Source: Phoronis australis
Lineage: Eukaryota > Animalia > Phoronida
Length of the DNA stretch: 64,000 bases
Assembly: GCA_002633005.1 (NCBI GenBank)
Contig: NMRA01000070.1
Coordinates: 876,369 to 940,368 of the forward strand
Direction: 5' to 3'
The position numbers were made by a program, and so were the translations under genes. Within the stretch, counting starts at the first letter, position 1; the number at the start of each line of letters is the position of its first letter. The notes below the pieces were generated by a model. The model saw only the letters and a list, made by a program, of their open reading frames with translations, did no database searches and was not told where the DNA came from. Shown piece by piece: positions 48,001 to 61,884 of the stretch.

Positions 48001-49863
48001 GCACATCTGTGAAATAAACGTGAAAACTCGTTAGAATATTTTCAGCACGAGCTATATTGCCCCTTTTCCGAAAATATCGCAATGGCAGTTTTAACATGAC
48101 ATTTCAAATTTTACATAGTGCGCTTGCCCATCAAACGGGGCAGAAATGATTGGAACTCGTGCCGATGTCCACTTGTTGGAAAGTAGAAATAAAAAAAAAT
48201 CATACCTGGATACCTCTTTTGGATATATACAGTTTTCTTGATTACTCGAGAGGTACCCAACTGTTTTGGCCTCTCAAAATTTGGATACTCAAGACAATCC
48301 TTTAGAGGGACGGCACGAATAAAAGGCACGCACTTTTTATATAGTGATCTTCCTTTCGTATATATGTAGGTAGTTTTCCCCACAAAAACACCCTCAAAAA
48401 GAACACACCTGAAACTTTCCATCAACATTCTTAACCAGCCAGTTTTAGGAAAGAATCAAAAATTGTCAAAACACTATTAGGGGAGCAACATGGGTCAAAT
48501 CCGTTTGAAATGCACCAGGTGCTTGTCGTCTACATGACAGTAACCTTTTGCCAAATTTCATGAATATCCATGGACTTAGTAGATATCAAGGCAACCGGAA
48601 AGAAAACTAGAATTACCCGGAACTGACTCCAGTTTGTTCCATAGTCCTCCAAGGTGTACTATCTTCAATAAAAATATGCCAACAATTACACTAGGTGGAG
48701 CCACAAGAGTCGGACGAGTCCGAAAACCATTGTCAGCCGTATCCTTCCCAGTAGGAACGCATAATGATGATGATCCTAAGAAGTGGTTGCCCAATTAATG
48801 CGGAGGCGGACAGGAAAATAAAACTTGGAAATAATAAAAAATTCCAGGAAGTGGCGTACAAAACGTCGAATCCATAGAACATTGGGAAGTGTCATCTTTG
48901 GCGTTACATCGCTGTGTTGATTGCCACCATCATCATACATGTATGTACACTGTACAGAAGTTGCTGGGAAATCTGCTGGTGTTCGGCAGAGGCTCCCAAA
49001 CATGACTGCAGATTATGCTGTGCGTGGGTGCGATAATCAAAATTAGCAACACGATAAGTATGCCTATATTCAGCAGCTACGGTTAATGTTTTGACTTCCA
49101 GACTTAGTAATACATGAAAAATATACCAAGGTGATAAACATTCATTAATAAGTTTATAAAATGCATAATTGTTGATACTTAACGTTATATAAATTCGTTT
49201 CGCCTTAATCTGAAAATAGTTGCTAAAGTGGGCTTAAATGATTTTTGTGAAATTGATCATCTGTTTATTTATTTTACAATGGTTGTCATAAGATCTTTGT
49301 GTCTTTCATATAATTCAATTTCCACTTCAATTTAAACCAACCCCAGCCTTCACTTTGGAAATGTCTCAAAGAGAAATCGAAGCGAGTATTTTTGTAAAGA
49401 CCCGCCCATGAAAATAAGGCCATTCCTTTGAAAACAAGTTACTCTTTGTATTCTAGGCAGAACTGCGCAACGTATGCAAATATTAGTCAAAGAATGATTT
49501 TCTGTAAACACCGAAAACATGTTTCGTCATTCCACCAAGACAAAAATCAATTGGCAGAGATGATATCAGTTTTGCAAAAAACATATCATTTCCATCGTTG
49601 CATACGGATACGTTGATATTTGCAATAAATGTTCAAATCAAATTATTTGGCACAAGTGCACCGTCAAGTTTTCACCAAATACATGTACACTGTACTAACC
49701 AAATTCACAAAGGAATTGCCACCAGAATGACGGGCGCTACTAGCGATCCTTAAGCATAACACTAAGTGCTTGCGGTATTTCGAATTCAGAGCTTGACCTG
49801 AGACCAATAAAACACCAAACCACAGTAGGACACTTACGTATCCCATGTATCTGTTGCAGCCAT
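42023..49863 (-). CDS. Large (~1350 aa after collapsing the assembly duplication) N-terminally membrane-anchored, mostly disordered protein with AKAP-like helices; exons 49838-49863 (acceptor at 49957, so the start may lie further 5'), 47231-47366, 42023-46253
   Basis: Exons join in phase: MAATDTWDT|YVHKFLCS...SFSSLCF|ECFRPLFAISIVLIVLWTVIYKFRR... Donors are gtaagt and gtaaga; acceptors tttcag and tttag. The ORF-track 277-aa and 1138-aa ORFs overlap through a 342-bp duplication around N45420 and become one frame when it is removed. Confidence 0.72.
45078..45762. repeat. 342-bp tandem duplication around a single N, a probable uncollapsed haplotype overlap (assembly artefact)
   Basis: 45078-45419 and 45421-45762 are identical except for about 5 substitutions seen by eye; they are separated by exactly one N at 45420. 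Confidence 0.88.
48480..48900 (+). repeat. Fragment related to the core repeat of the 2011-3230 element
   Basis: acactaggtggagccac...ccttcccagtagga matches the 11390-11530 fragment and the 2770-2830 core; tgccaaatttcatgaa is shared with ~3100. Confidence 0.5.
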
Positions 49864-52800
49864 TCTGTCGGAGCACTCTTGTATGTTTCGAGCAACCTTC
49901 TTTCTTAATGGAAAGAAGGAATCGCTGGCGTACCCATATTCTTGCCAAAGGAAGGTCCTGCAATGTGAACAGTGAAATCTTATTCTGATTGTAATACGAA
50001 GACTGCAAAGTATGGTTGACGACCTTGAACCGTAGTAACTGTTGTTCAATTATATGCTCCATATGTTCGCTAAGCAAAGCAACGTCTCACTCTAATGACC
50101 ACATCCGAAGACGTTCAGATGACTTCTGTAGTCATGTACACCAAGTGATTCTTAGCGGTTATTACGGCATTGATACATGTAATCGTACAGTCGAGAAATG
50201 AACATTTGAACTGTACTTCTGTCGGTAAGGCTGTGATTATTGAGAGTACTTACTGATACTTACCGAAATGCACTGTAATTGCGATAGAATCAAGATATGG
50301 AACGATGTTATGGCAGTTAATATACTCAATCAATATTTAAAGCTGGGTAAATTATTTTCATCAGTTTCATAAAATAAATTTTGTATAGTTCGTTGTGAGA
50401 GTGTTGCCATTCAAGTTAGGGTCCTTTTCTTGTCCACGCGAACATTTACTAGTTCCATATTTGATGGAGTTATAGCTAAATTCACGAGTTTATCTAATGA
50501 CCTAGTAAAACCTTGTTATTGTAGAAAGGTCCCTCTGTGCGGGTAAATGTGCCATCCAGAGCTCTCTTTTAACTTTCAAGTCCAGGCAATCCACACCACT
50601 TGACCTATTCCCAGATGTCTGGACCAGGTGGTCTCAGGGGAAGCAGTGTGGTCGACCCAAAGCAATCCCTACTTGCTGATGTCCAACTCGTGACTCAAAA
50701 ACATTCACGGCACTGCCTCAACTTCACTGGTGGAAAATCTCTGATCTCTGATAGAGAAGAATCTGGAGAGTTAGACTGACCTCGTTCGTGGTGTTCTCAT
50801 TGGCACCTCATTCATCAAAAACAGACCTATTGTACTACTTGTTTCTACCACTCTGTTCTTGACGGTCTATGGTAATTTGAAAGGTTAAGTATCCAAAGCT
50901 TATAGAAGGCTCTCTAGCAACAAGGCACTTCGAATCTATGCAATCCTAGCTGAGCCTTGTTTATCAGGTGGCCCTCTTCAAATCAGCCATTTGTAAGACG
51001 GCAGTTCCTCACCATGTAGACAAGAGTAAGTATTTTTCAGAAGTTCAGGAATGGTTTAGTCATTCATCTACGTATTCGAAAGGGATATTCGAGTGACTGT
51101 GATAAGTACTATTCTATATTGTTTGCTCTTTATAACCAACCATATGCCTGTTTGGCTGCTACAAACTACACCAATGTACACCCGTGGCCAAGAAGTGCTT
51201 TCTGGGAATCAATCTGATTACTTGTACAGCTGCGCTACAACAAACACCTGAAGAACTTTATGAGGAGCAAAGAGAACCTTCTGCACAATGTCTGTGGACC
51301 TGAGCGAGGTGTTGGGTTTCGAATGAATTTGGGTTATGTTGCCACGACAATGCCATCACCAAGGTCCTTGTGCTTCATCCTGGCATGCAGATTTACAATC
51401 ATCACGACAGTGTCTGCTTTTAACCCTTTCCATCACCCTGCAGGCTGAAGTAGGTCCATATTATAAAACCATCTCTCTTTGCCACGCAGTCAGAGGCTAT
51501 CTGATTCCGCTGTATTACAATCAACGTACACGTTTGACACCATGTTGTCAGAAGACCTTACAACTTCTAAATCTGCATGCAAAGATGAAGGTTTACAACA
51601 GGTGACGTTATGTTTGCAGATGACTCTGCATCTGACTAGACCCAAACGAAACGAGAAAATGAACCTTTATGGAGTTGCAAAAACTTTACTTTCGATATCG
51701 GCTCACAAATGAGACGAATGAGTCTACCAGCCTACTGCTGGAGCCCTTAACGTTGATCCACACGTCACCTTATCCCGAGAAACACCTTACTCAGTCACAC
51801 CGACTATCGTGTTTTTTGCAGTCAACTTCAATACAGACGTATCTAATCGAATCTGCCGTGAACGCCCAGGTTCGTCAGATTTCCAAATACCACGTGAGAG
51901 TGCAAGTGGATAACTCTCCAGACAACCATGGTTTAACACCGAGCTGATGTACTTTCCGTTGCTTAACGTGTCAGTAAGGCATGTGCTGCTTACAGTCATC
52001 GTGTCAAATACACAGTTTTTCATGTACCGCCCCATAAATTGCTAAAGATTATATGGCGGAATAAAGTACCGGACACAATGTCACTGGTCCTTCACGAAAA
52101 CGATGGCGAAAGCATGCTTCGTCGAATTCAGTTTACAATGCGGATGTTTTTCGTGTTCAAGACGACACTCTAAGAGATTGATGTGGTGACGGCTGTGCTG
52201 CGGAACGCCCGTGCATGTTGGTCTGTGGGTGACCTAAAGGGGTTCACAAAATATTGTTTGACAAAAGACTGCAATCTAGATCATTAATCATGACGTACTG
52301 ACTGTGAACAGACGTCACTCCAAAAGACAACTGTCAATCAAACAAGCTTTAGCTGGAAAACCGTTGCATCGAAAGCGCCGTACAGTAACGTTAAATTCCT
52401 AAAAGTGGACAAAATTCTTGCTGGTCATTTGGCAACCTTCCATTTTGCTCCCTTGCTGCAACCGTCATCGTTCTGCCCTCTTTGTGACACCAGCGTCGTC
52501 CTTTGATTTAAGCGATAGCCAGTATTTGGAATACACTGGCTTTTCAAGAAATAAAATTCATGAAATTTTTGCTTGCCTTAGTCAGGACTTTCGTGGCAAG
52601 TTAACGGGAAAACAGGTATTCATAATCTTAGTCTGGTTTTCTTTTGAGCCTGCTTACTTTGAGCGACTGGTTTGACACATCGGGTATTTTTGCAATATCT
52701 CTTCAATTCCCTAACACACGAAAAACACCTGCATTTATGAGATGCGATAGGCTGGTTGAAACTGGGTGATATGACAAATGATATTCTATTTCGTGAATTG

Positions 52801-53312
52801 CAGCTCTGTTTTGAATGACCAGCCTTAATTACACACTCATTTAATGTTATCTTTGACTGAGTAAAATGGGTAAAAAAATACAGTGTAATTAAAATTATCA
52901 AGTGGTCAATTTTGCAACATCTTAACTGCCTCATTGTTCGTTTTTTACTTCAAAATAACTTTATATTTGTACCACTCTAGCTAAAGTAAGGATATGAATT
53001 TACCACCATCTTTTGAAACCGCTATCTTCATATGAAAAGCTTGAATCCATGTTTTTAAATGACACTGCGCAAGCGGCAGGCATTGGGACAAATATGGCGA
53101 CCAACAAAACGCCATCTGCGAGAGTGAAACTTTTCAATATCGCGTTAGCGAGAACTAGAGCTATGGTTTTTCCAAAACACATTCTTTCCGTGATTTGCTT
53201 ATGCATATTCCATGGATTAGGCACGGTCATCGACTTAGATACTTTCGACAGCTTCAACTGCAAAAATGACGATGCAAACTGTGACGTCATTTCATCCAGT
53301 CAGAGTAGTACT

Positions 53313-53403
53313 GTGTCAAAAACTTTTGATAATGAAAACAAGTTTAGTTTTTACAGTCGTGTCCAAACTTTTGATAATGAAAACAAGTTTAGTTTTTACA
53401 GTC
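53313..53403. repeat. ~45-bp tandem duplication
   Basis: aaacttttgataatgaaaacaagtttagtttttacagtc occurs twice. Confidence 0.85.
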
Positions 53404-55619
53404 ATCGAAAGGTTCTTGGCACATGAACATCAACTATGTGAAACAAGTAAGATACTCTACTGGGAGTTTTTGATTGAATAGCTCATATTAAACATTCGTT
53501 ACGTGTTTATCCAGCACTGTGCCACTATGTGGCTGCTGCTGTCTCATTGTGCAGGTGAGAAATAACGACGACGCAATCTTTAGAGGGTGTCTCATCGGAT
53601 GAAATTTTGCTAGCAATCTACTGCCCAACCCTAGCCCTGCTAAACGTGCTACGTTTTTAATTTTGTTAGAAGTCGATGTTTGCTTCGAATTATTCAGTTG
53701 TGTGGTACACTGCAGTTATTACAGGATTTTGGATGCCGACGCACACCTAAGTACATGTAGAGGTGAGTCCTTTCTTCACGTCCTTATCAAAACGAAAGGT
53801 TTCATAGACTTTCCAACTCGACTGCACTACTTATGATAACTGAAAATTGATTATGCTACTTATTCTTAATTGGTTATTTCATAGAAAAAAAATCTGGCGT
53901 AGAAAATTAGGACCAAAAACCTCAAATTTGACAAATTTCTCACCGAAATTACCACATCTTTGCAAATGCTACCACAATTTGACTCTCAACTCTAAAAATG
54001 TATGTCATAATATGCCCTTTACCAGCTGCTTGCTTGGCAATTTCAAATTGTTTGACAGCCAACTGAATTCGCACCAGGGTTTGAAAGCAAACTGCAGCCA
54101 CAATTTTGCATCAAAAGTATATCGCGACTAAAATTTTTTTTCTCATTCAAAAGCACAAGCAAATCAGTTTCCTTAAAATTATTTCAACGCATGACTTGGC
54201 ACTACAAGTAGGTACTTCCTGTCCTCTAGTGGCCACTTGTATCCGGCACCACGTGATCAACCCCCATGCTGCTAGTCTTACGTGACCTGGAATGGAGCCC
54301 TCGGACCTTATCAGTTATGGATAGATCCGACATGTCAGTCAAGTTACACGTAATGGTGACCACTGTAGGAGGCCAAAGCGTAAAATTCAAGGACAAACGT
54401 TTTTCAATGCAAGATTTAAGAATGGGCCAAAACTTTGTGTTCACCCTGCAAGTCCAAAAATACCTTAACACTAGAATTTCCACTCTTACAAGAATTAAAA
54501 TCAGTTAAAACACTATTTTCCCTTTGCGAGACCAAACTAAATCAAGATAAAAATTTATGACGTGTTCAACAATCTGTCTCGCTGACAACACTCATATAAT
54601 GCACTGATGATTAGACTGAATGTCTATTGTTTTTTCCAAGCTTGATAACGTAAGCCAGTGAACACATGGGTACATTGGACTTGACGGCGCCTAAGTATTA
54701 TAGAGACACAGCGGATCGTCAAGGGAGAATACGTGTAGTTCTGGCGTGATTATTGTTCGGTCCTGGTGTGATAAAATTTTGGTCCAGGCGTTATAATAAT
54801 TTTTGGTCATGACATGTTAAAATTTTGTCCTGCAGAGCTTCTAATTTTTTAATATAAGATATGAGTCCTGGACGTTTTTCTCTTTGGCTTCAAATTGAAT
54901 ACAATCGTTCAGAAGAGCAACAATTATAAATTTAGTTCAACCATCAATTGGTGAAGTCTTTGCGTTGGATCACATGCTTGTTACCGAGGACATACCACTT
55001 CATGTAACAGTTGGTGTCAGAAATTTCCCATAACAATTCCAGTAATACATGTACGCACGCCGCTGAGAGTCCATTATAGTCAAGCCGTGTCAATAATCTT
55101 TCTAGTTGTTTTTGTTGTACACAGAAAGACACATACATTAAAATCACAACTGCCTCCGTTTTGTGCTGATGCCGGTCTTTATACTTTGGTGGTTTGCGTT
55201 CAAAACTGTCAGAATTCTGCCAAGTAAATTTCTCCTCCGCAAGCCTCCAATGGATAAACTGATCAGCGCCATCTTGAGGCTTGGTGGTCGAGGCTGATGT
55301 CTTGCAAACAACGGTCAAATATCAGGACTTGTAAACAAGTCATCAAAACCGTACCGTTTTTTGTTGTTTTATAGCTTTCGTCAAAGCTGTTGATTTCAGG
55401 AAGTCTACCACATTGTATACATTTTTTATAGTCAAATCTTTCATTTCTCAAAAGAAAGAAAATATCCGTTTAATGATAACTTTCTAACAATGGAAAGTGT
55501 ACAACATTCACACACCATTCATACACCCACGCACATTTAATGAATAAGTTACTTCACAAATTATACAAGTACATGTATACAAGTGCCAGAAAATGTATAT
55601 CTAAGCGTTCACAGAGGGC

Positions 55620-56610
55620 CTCCCAAATGGTGAAACTCAAGGGCTTTTTAACACTGATAACCAGCTTTCGTCTAACTTTGATATAATGATACAAGGAATG
55701 TATATTTTTTTAAATATAGGCTTTCTGTGGTCCAAAATTGACTAAAATATAAAGTACTGGCATAAAGTTAGTACATTATTCATCTCTTCAAAATTAGGTT
55801 CAAAATACGCATTTAATTTTTTTTTTATGCTTTGTTCAGCTACAGGATGTGTACTACTTAAAGATTGAGCTTTGGACCAGAGCGCCTGTACAATGTACAA
55901 GTGAACTATCACAAAACATATCATCTGAAGTTTCAATACCATTACACGACAAATAACTATTGCATGTATCTCTTACCATCTTCATCTTTTTAGGAGATGC
56001 GTTGTGCCTAACAGGATGAACTCTTCCAAGACAAATTCATGGACGACTTTCAGTACAGCCAGATTAGTACACAATCAACTAAAAATGTAGCTTTTTATGT
56101 AAAATGATTTCCCAACATGATGTAGAACACAGCTTAAATTCGTTCCCATTCAGACTTGTATTCCTTCTCTAAGTTAAAACTTTTAAATATTATTATGTGC
56201 ATAAAAAGTTCTACTTAATCTTCATTAAAGCACATTGTTGTAACCAACTCGAAAATTTGTATCTTTGTCTCATACTTCCTAAGACAAAATCTTGTTTTAA
56301 ATTTCTATTATATCATTTACATACACTATACCTGCCTTGTACAACCCACTGGAAAACACAGATTTGCCATCAATCAAAATATATTTCTTGTTTTATATTA
56401 ACTGACTAATAATATCAATCTTGTTGTGTGAGACAACGTTAACATTCTCCCACGCACTCAGCAAGTCACAATAAAAGTTGGTGGTATCGTTCAAAGGCAA
56501 CAAATTAGTTGAAAAAATATTTAAAAAGTAATGCGTCCCCAAACCTGTAAAAAGTAATTTGGAAAGGTTTTTCCAGGTTTGTCCTCTTCTACATAACGCT
56601 GAACCCATTT
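55620..56610 (-). mobile_element. Decayed 3' ORF2 fragment of an L1/Tx1-clade non-LTR retrotransposon
   Basis: Minus-strand peptides in order: NFYCDLLSAW, ILIDGKSVFSSGLYKAGIVYVNDI, VQALWS. They resemble the post-RT region of Tx1-like ORF2 (FYxxILxAW; IxIxGKxVF...GIxxIxDL; zf-RVT CxxVxxLW) and are broken by stops and frameshifts. Confidence 0.55.
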
Positions 56611-58906
56611 CACTGGGTTATACATGTACAATGTACATGTAAGTATTATTTACATGTACATTGTGTATATGCGGTACTTGCAAGCCACCATCTGCACGGG
56701 TATTTTACTGCCACACTTCTCACTCTAGGAGTCTTATTTTGCCAAACAAAATTGGATATCGAAGAATTGGTCTTTTCTCCTCAAAAACTATCAACACTCA
56801 AATTATTGATAGCATAAACGATTTTAGATAAGGCGAAATTTTTTACAACATCTATTCTGTCCAATAAACTAATATTAACCGTAGATAGGTGTTTCGCCTG
56901 TAAAACCGATCTCCCCAGACTAGTCTTAGTCCGTTATAGGAGAATTTTAGATTTGAGACCTAAAACCAAATACATGTACACCCTGGCGTATATTTTGAAC
57001 TGAAGATTGTCTCGGGTGTGTCAAAACTCAAGCTGGCAATGGAAAATACACATTATTTTCGATGTATGAATGTCCCACTGCTAAAAGATAATGGTTGAAA
57101 CGTATACCCAAAGAAACTGCGGGTTTTTAGTCAATCATTTCCCAAATGTACTGCTTGGTTTTATCTGCGTAAAGTTGTTCCAGGTCCATGCGTTCACCTG
57201 CTGTAACTACTGACAGTCCTGTCTGCAGAAAACTCCGTAGGGTCATATTAAAAAGCAGGGTTTGGATGTTTGCTCTGAATAGAATTTTGAGGTACCAAAG
57301 TGAACCTTCATGGACCAAGAGTACCTCCCCGGGATCAGTCTCTAGCAATTATCCAATTATCGCATGCTTTGTCTGGTCAGTTTTCGATGAACCATTCAGA
57401 TGTCCAACTATACCACAAACGGGCCAACTGCACTGACTTCAATAATTTACTGTTGCACATAAAACATGTGCTAGACCTCACTGCAGACGATCATTAGGCG
57501 TCAAAAAGAAAGTCAAACTGAAACTGAAACAAAATCACTTCATCCCTACGTGTTACGGATAATTTATTTTACTTAATTTTGTAGCATTTTCTAGTATGTG
57601 GTGTAACAACCATCATTGATCATAAACAAATTTTCAAACTGAATGTTTTAGCGAAGACAGATTTTTTTCATTGTAAGTTGTGCTAACTGTACCAGCGAGC
57701 CTAATCGTGTCACCGAAATTAAACTGATCTGCAACAACGTAGGGCATCCACGGATACTGGTACCCCTGTCTTACGGTGAATCCTCACTCTCGAAACTAAA
57801 TCGTCAGTGTGCGTTCTTTTTCCCGTGACTGCAAGGATAATCGTGACATCTTGAAACTTTTCGTGTATTTTATATGTTGTCTGACATTTGCTTTAAGTCG
57901 CGTTTATATAACCTCGCCTATGGCCTATAACTTAGGAAACCCTCAAGAGGTCTTACAAAACCCACGCGAACACCGTAACAACCACCGTGACGTCTGGGGC
58001 AGAATAACAAACCCCTATTGTCTCTTAAGTTTCATTCGTTGCTTGCCACGCCTTTTCCAGGTATACATGTACGTATTTGAAACGTACATGTAGTATCCTG
58101 CTTGCATTTTGTGACACCCCGTGTTTTAAAAAGACTTGCGGATCCGTGTTTCTATTTTCGTCCAAGTGTGGATAGAAATATAATGCATAGAGGAAACGGT
58201 TCCCGTTACAATTTGATTATTAGTTCAAGTGGACAATGCCACGCCACATTTGAGTTTTTCCAAGTTTGACGACTTGTATCTGGGTTACAGAATAGCGTAA
58301 ATAGAACCTTGAGGAGTGGACAATGCAAATCTCTTTCGACCCTGATATTGAAAATTTGAAGAGTTTTGTTCAAGGGGGGGGGGGGGNGGGGGGGGGGTGC
58401 ATACCTGAAAGTGTGGCTATCTCGAAGAATGTTTTGCAAAAACAAAGTCATCGAGTGAGGGCACGGTTGATTAAATTAATTAACCAAATACCTGCAAGTG
58501 TGACGTGTCATTCATGCAGTAGAGATAATGCGCTTGAATGTCCAGCTGTTGTCTGGGCGAGAAGATGTGGCGAATTAATTAGTATGAAACTCACTGCGGT
58601 CAATTAATACGTTTTGTGTCAAATAGTCGCGTAACGAGCTCTACCAACACTAGCGTCTAATGACTTTGGCCCGAGTAGTGCACATTAAAGCGTTAGTTTT
58701 AGTTCGTTACTTCCCGTATCTGATATAATATTAGGCCGTTATAAACCATCTCCCACCCTGAAACCGGCTATGCAACAAAGAATACGCTGCAGTTCTTTCC
58801 GAACCCCCAAAATCACATGGTATTTGAAGTGAGAAACATTATGATATCAACTTCATAATTGGGGCGGGGGTTAATTTTAACCAATTGGATTAAGGAGAGA
58901 TCAAAT

Positions 58907-58983
58907 TATGCTCCCTCTGCGTCAGCTTACACGGTGCAAACTATGCTCCCTGGGCGTCAGCTTACACGGTGCAAACTATGCTC
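58907..58983. repeat. 35-bp tandem duplication
   Basis: tatgctccct..gcgtcagcttacacggtgcaaac x2 plus a partial third copy. Confidence 0.85.
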
Positions 58984-60074
58984 TATTTGATGGTCTTTAA
59001 TTTCAAATTAACCTTATTAAAATATCGAGCACTCGAGCCCAAACATAACTGGAACTTTCCAGGTGACGATCTTAATGCAAGGTTATTTGTTCACTGCGAA
59101 ACATGTATCTGGCAGGGGGATCCGGTCTCATTGGACCCCTCTTGGGTCACCGCGTGGTCTTTAAGCTTTTGCTAGTGGCGTAGCAACATTAGTTTGCAGC
59201 TCCTCGTTTGTTCCCGGTTTGTGTTGTTCCTGTTTCCTCCCGTACACTATGAGTTCGATAGGTCACAATGTTGCACTGATGACATTCTGTTAGGTTTAAC
59301 GCATGGATGATACAGTATGACATTTGGCTTCATGATATTTCGAAATAACACTGCATGACGTGGGAGATCCATTAACTGTGTAAAGCTTAACTGTGCAATA
59401 CCAAATAGAATTCTGATCATTTCAATTGCGTCAATACATACATGTATGCTGTCATCGTTCTGGTATATAAGTTTTCATTACTCTGAGCGAAAACCGAGCA
59501 AACAGTGATACAAATCGTGAAAAACATACCTATATAATGTTTTCTTATTCTTATTATTGGTCAGGAAATACAGTCAGTGACTTTTACTTTCTATAAACAT
59601 TTCTGCAAAATAAATTTGGTGATCTGATGAATCAACGTTGTAAGTGAATGCCACGACAAAACTCGTTGTACATTTAATGCCGGCATTATGCGGACGTAGT
59701 GAACTACACGTATCGACATTAATGGACAGATGGTGTATCACGTGATGCTCTGACGGCACCAAGCGTTTAAAAGTTTTCCCGAAGTGGATTTACGTTAGAG
59801 TTGTTTTGGTTTTTTGCAATTGAACAACACTTTATGGAACGGAGTCGAATTCAGCATTGTTTGAATTGGTAAGAACAAATATGAAATGATTTACTGCATC
59901 TTTAGTTGATCCGTTTTGTAAATACTTAATGCTACTCACAAGTGAAGACCGTCATGTTCATGCGTTTGAAGGTAAAAATCCGGTACGATAACTATTATTT
60001 CACAATATTCAATACCACTGCAAATCAATAGAATTAAACATCTGTCCATGCTTTGTATTTTTTCAGAATTGATC

Positions 60075-61884
60075 ATGTTGATCGAACTCTTGGTGATTTT
60101 GGTCTTTGTGTCCATTTCACTGGTGGCTTCGTCGGAGCTCAACTGTAGTCCGTGCCGTTGTGTTATAACGGGGCACTCTCGTCGTGCCAACTGTTCCAAT
60201 TTGGATCTTCGATATTTGCCGGACACTATTCCTTCTAATATAAAAGAGATTGATGCCAGCAGTAACAGCTTGGAATCTGTAAATATCGCACGCTTTAAAA
60301 ATACTCTCAGGAGATTGAATTTGGCAAGAAATAACATATCCGTTTTGAACAGCGGTCTCTTCCAGCATGTAACATTTCTGGAAGAATTGAATTTGGGAAG
60401 TAATCGACTTCATAGTATTGAAGCGACAGTGTTCAGCGGCTTGCGCTATCTTCGGAAACTTGATGGTTTGACAGTTGACAACTTGGAACCAGAACTTTTT
60501 ACTGGGCTCAGAAATTTGAAATCTTTATCACTAAAAACAGACGATAAGGAGATCTCACGCTCTCTATTTTCCAATTTAACTCTTGAGTCTGTGAAAATTG
60601 TGGCCGATCATGTCGAAAAGCTACCGAATGAGTTGTTCGAATGCTGCCCCAATTCTCTGAAAACGGTTTCAATTTTAGGAAAATCCTTGAGAACGTTGCC
60701 AGAGGATATATTTAAAAAATTGTCGCAAGTAATATCCATAACTGTGAGAGCCGATAATATTTCTCTTCCCCATTCGTTATTCCAGAGTCAGCCTCAACAA
60801 CCCAGAAGTTTTTTAAATTTGTCTCAGATATCAACATTATTTAACCACGCTTTTCCAAAACATGTTGTAAAGGCCCTGTGCTATCAAGCCGTGTCAGGGA
60901 AGAAAACATTGAATAAACTACAGGAAATTACTTTAGATGGTGTGGGCAGTCTTCCGGCTGGATTGTTTAACAACTTGCCAAGACTTCGGAAACTCGACCT
61001 ACATCGCATTAGAGGACTTTCAGAACACACGTTTGTCGGATTGACTGAACTGCAACAATTTCGCTTAATAAACTCAAGCATACATGATTGGGATAAGTTT
61101 GTTTGGATGTTACGATGTAACGACCTAAGGATCCTAGACTTGAGTTTCAATGTACTGGAAGTGATTACATCTTCAATGTTTACTAGCCTTCCTGGCTTAA
61201 GACAAATAAATCTTAGCCACAACAAAATATCACGTATTGATGGAGGTGTGTTCGAAACATGTAGAAAGATTTCGTGGATTGATTTGTCGCATAATAACAT
61301 TTCAACCATCGAAGAGAATCTTTTTACGGGGATGTGGACGCTTAAGTACCTGAACCTGTCAAACAATGCCATACGTCAATTGGGTAATGGAATGTTCCGT
61401 GACACCAGTTTTCTCCTTCATCTCGACTGCTCTCATAATCAGATAGAACACGTGGGAGACGTTCTGGGTGACTTGCAAGACCTTGCCACACTGAAACTGC
61501 AATTTAACAACATAAAACAATTTCCCGGAGACTTGGAATCAGTAAATGACTTAAGAATTCTCGATTTGTCTCACAACAAAATTTTGAACATCCCCGTCAA
61601 CTCTCTTCAGAATCATTATCTGTTAGACTTCGTGTCTTTGGCAGGTAATAATATACAGTGTGACTGCGGACTTGTGTACTTGCTTTATTACACGAGATAT
61701 GCCAAGACAAATAGAATGCAGTTAGACGGCACCTGTGATAGTCCACCGCATCTCCGGGGAAGAATGTTCAGCTCCTTGGACATTTCCCATGACATATGTG
61801 GAAGGCAGAACATACCAGAGAGTCTTCGTACAAGAATAGAAGGGGCTCAGCGACAGACAATCTTTGCACCTGAGACTACGAAAT
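60075..61884 (+). CDS. Extracellular leucine-rich-repeat protein (signal peptide, LRRNT, LRR array, LRRCT); first coding exon, gene continues downstream
   Basis: Acceptor tttcag at 60066 then ATG at 60075. Hydrophobic signal MLIELLVILVFVSISLVASS; LRRNT CSPCRC...ANCS; many LxxLxLxxNxI repeats; LRRCT NNIQCDC...CDSPPHLRG...C; consensus donor gtaagt at 61885. No TM or TIR exon was identified in the window. Confidence 0.9.

Noticed and set aside
49664-49846. Signal-peptide-like MGYVSVLLWFGVLLVSGQA in the 137-aa ORF
   Set aside because: It runs across a consensus gtaagt donor (49832-49837) whose phase fits the next exon in a different frame; probably intronic.
50500-52050. Possible decayed retroelement or exons
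   Set aside because: Coding-like composition but no recognisable RT, RNase H or integrase motif and no consistent splice chain.
54944-55451. Two overlapping minus-strand ORFs with a CxxC
   Set aside because: No recognisable family and no in-phase exon partners found.
58374-58397. G-run as a G-quadruplex regulatory element
   Set aside because: Homopolymer interrupted by an N (contig join); its length is unreliable.
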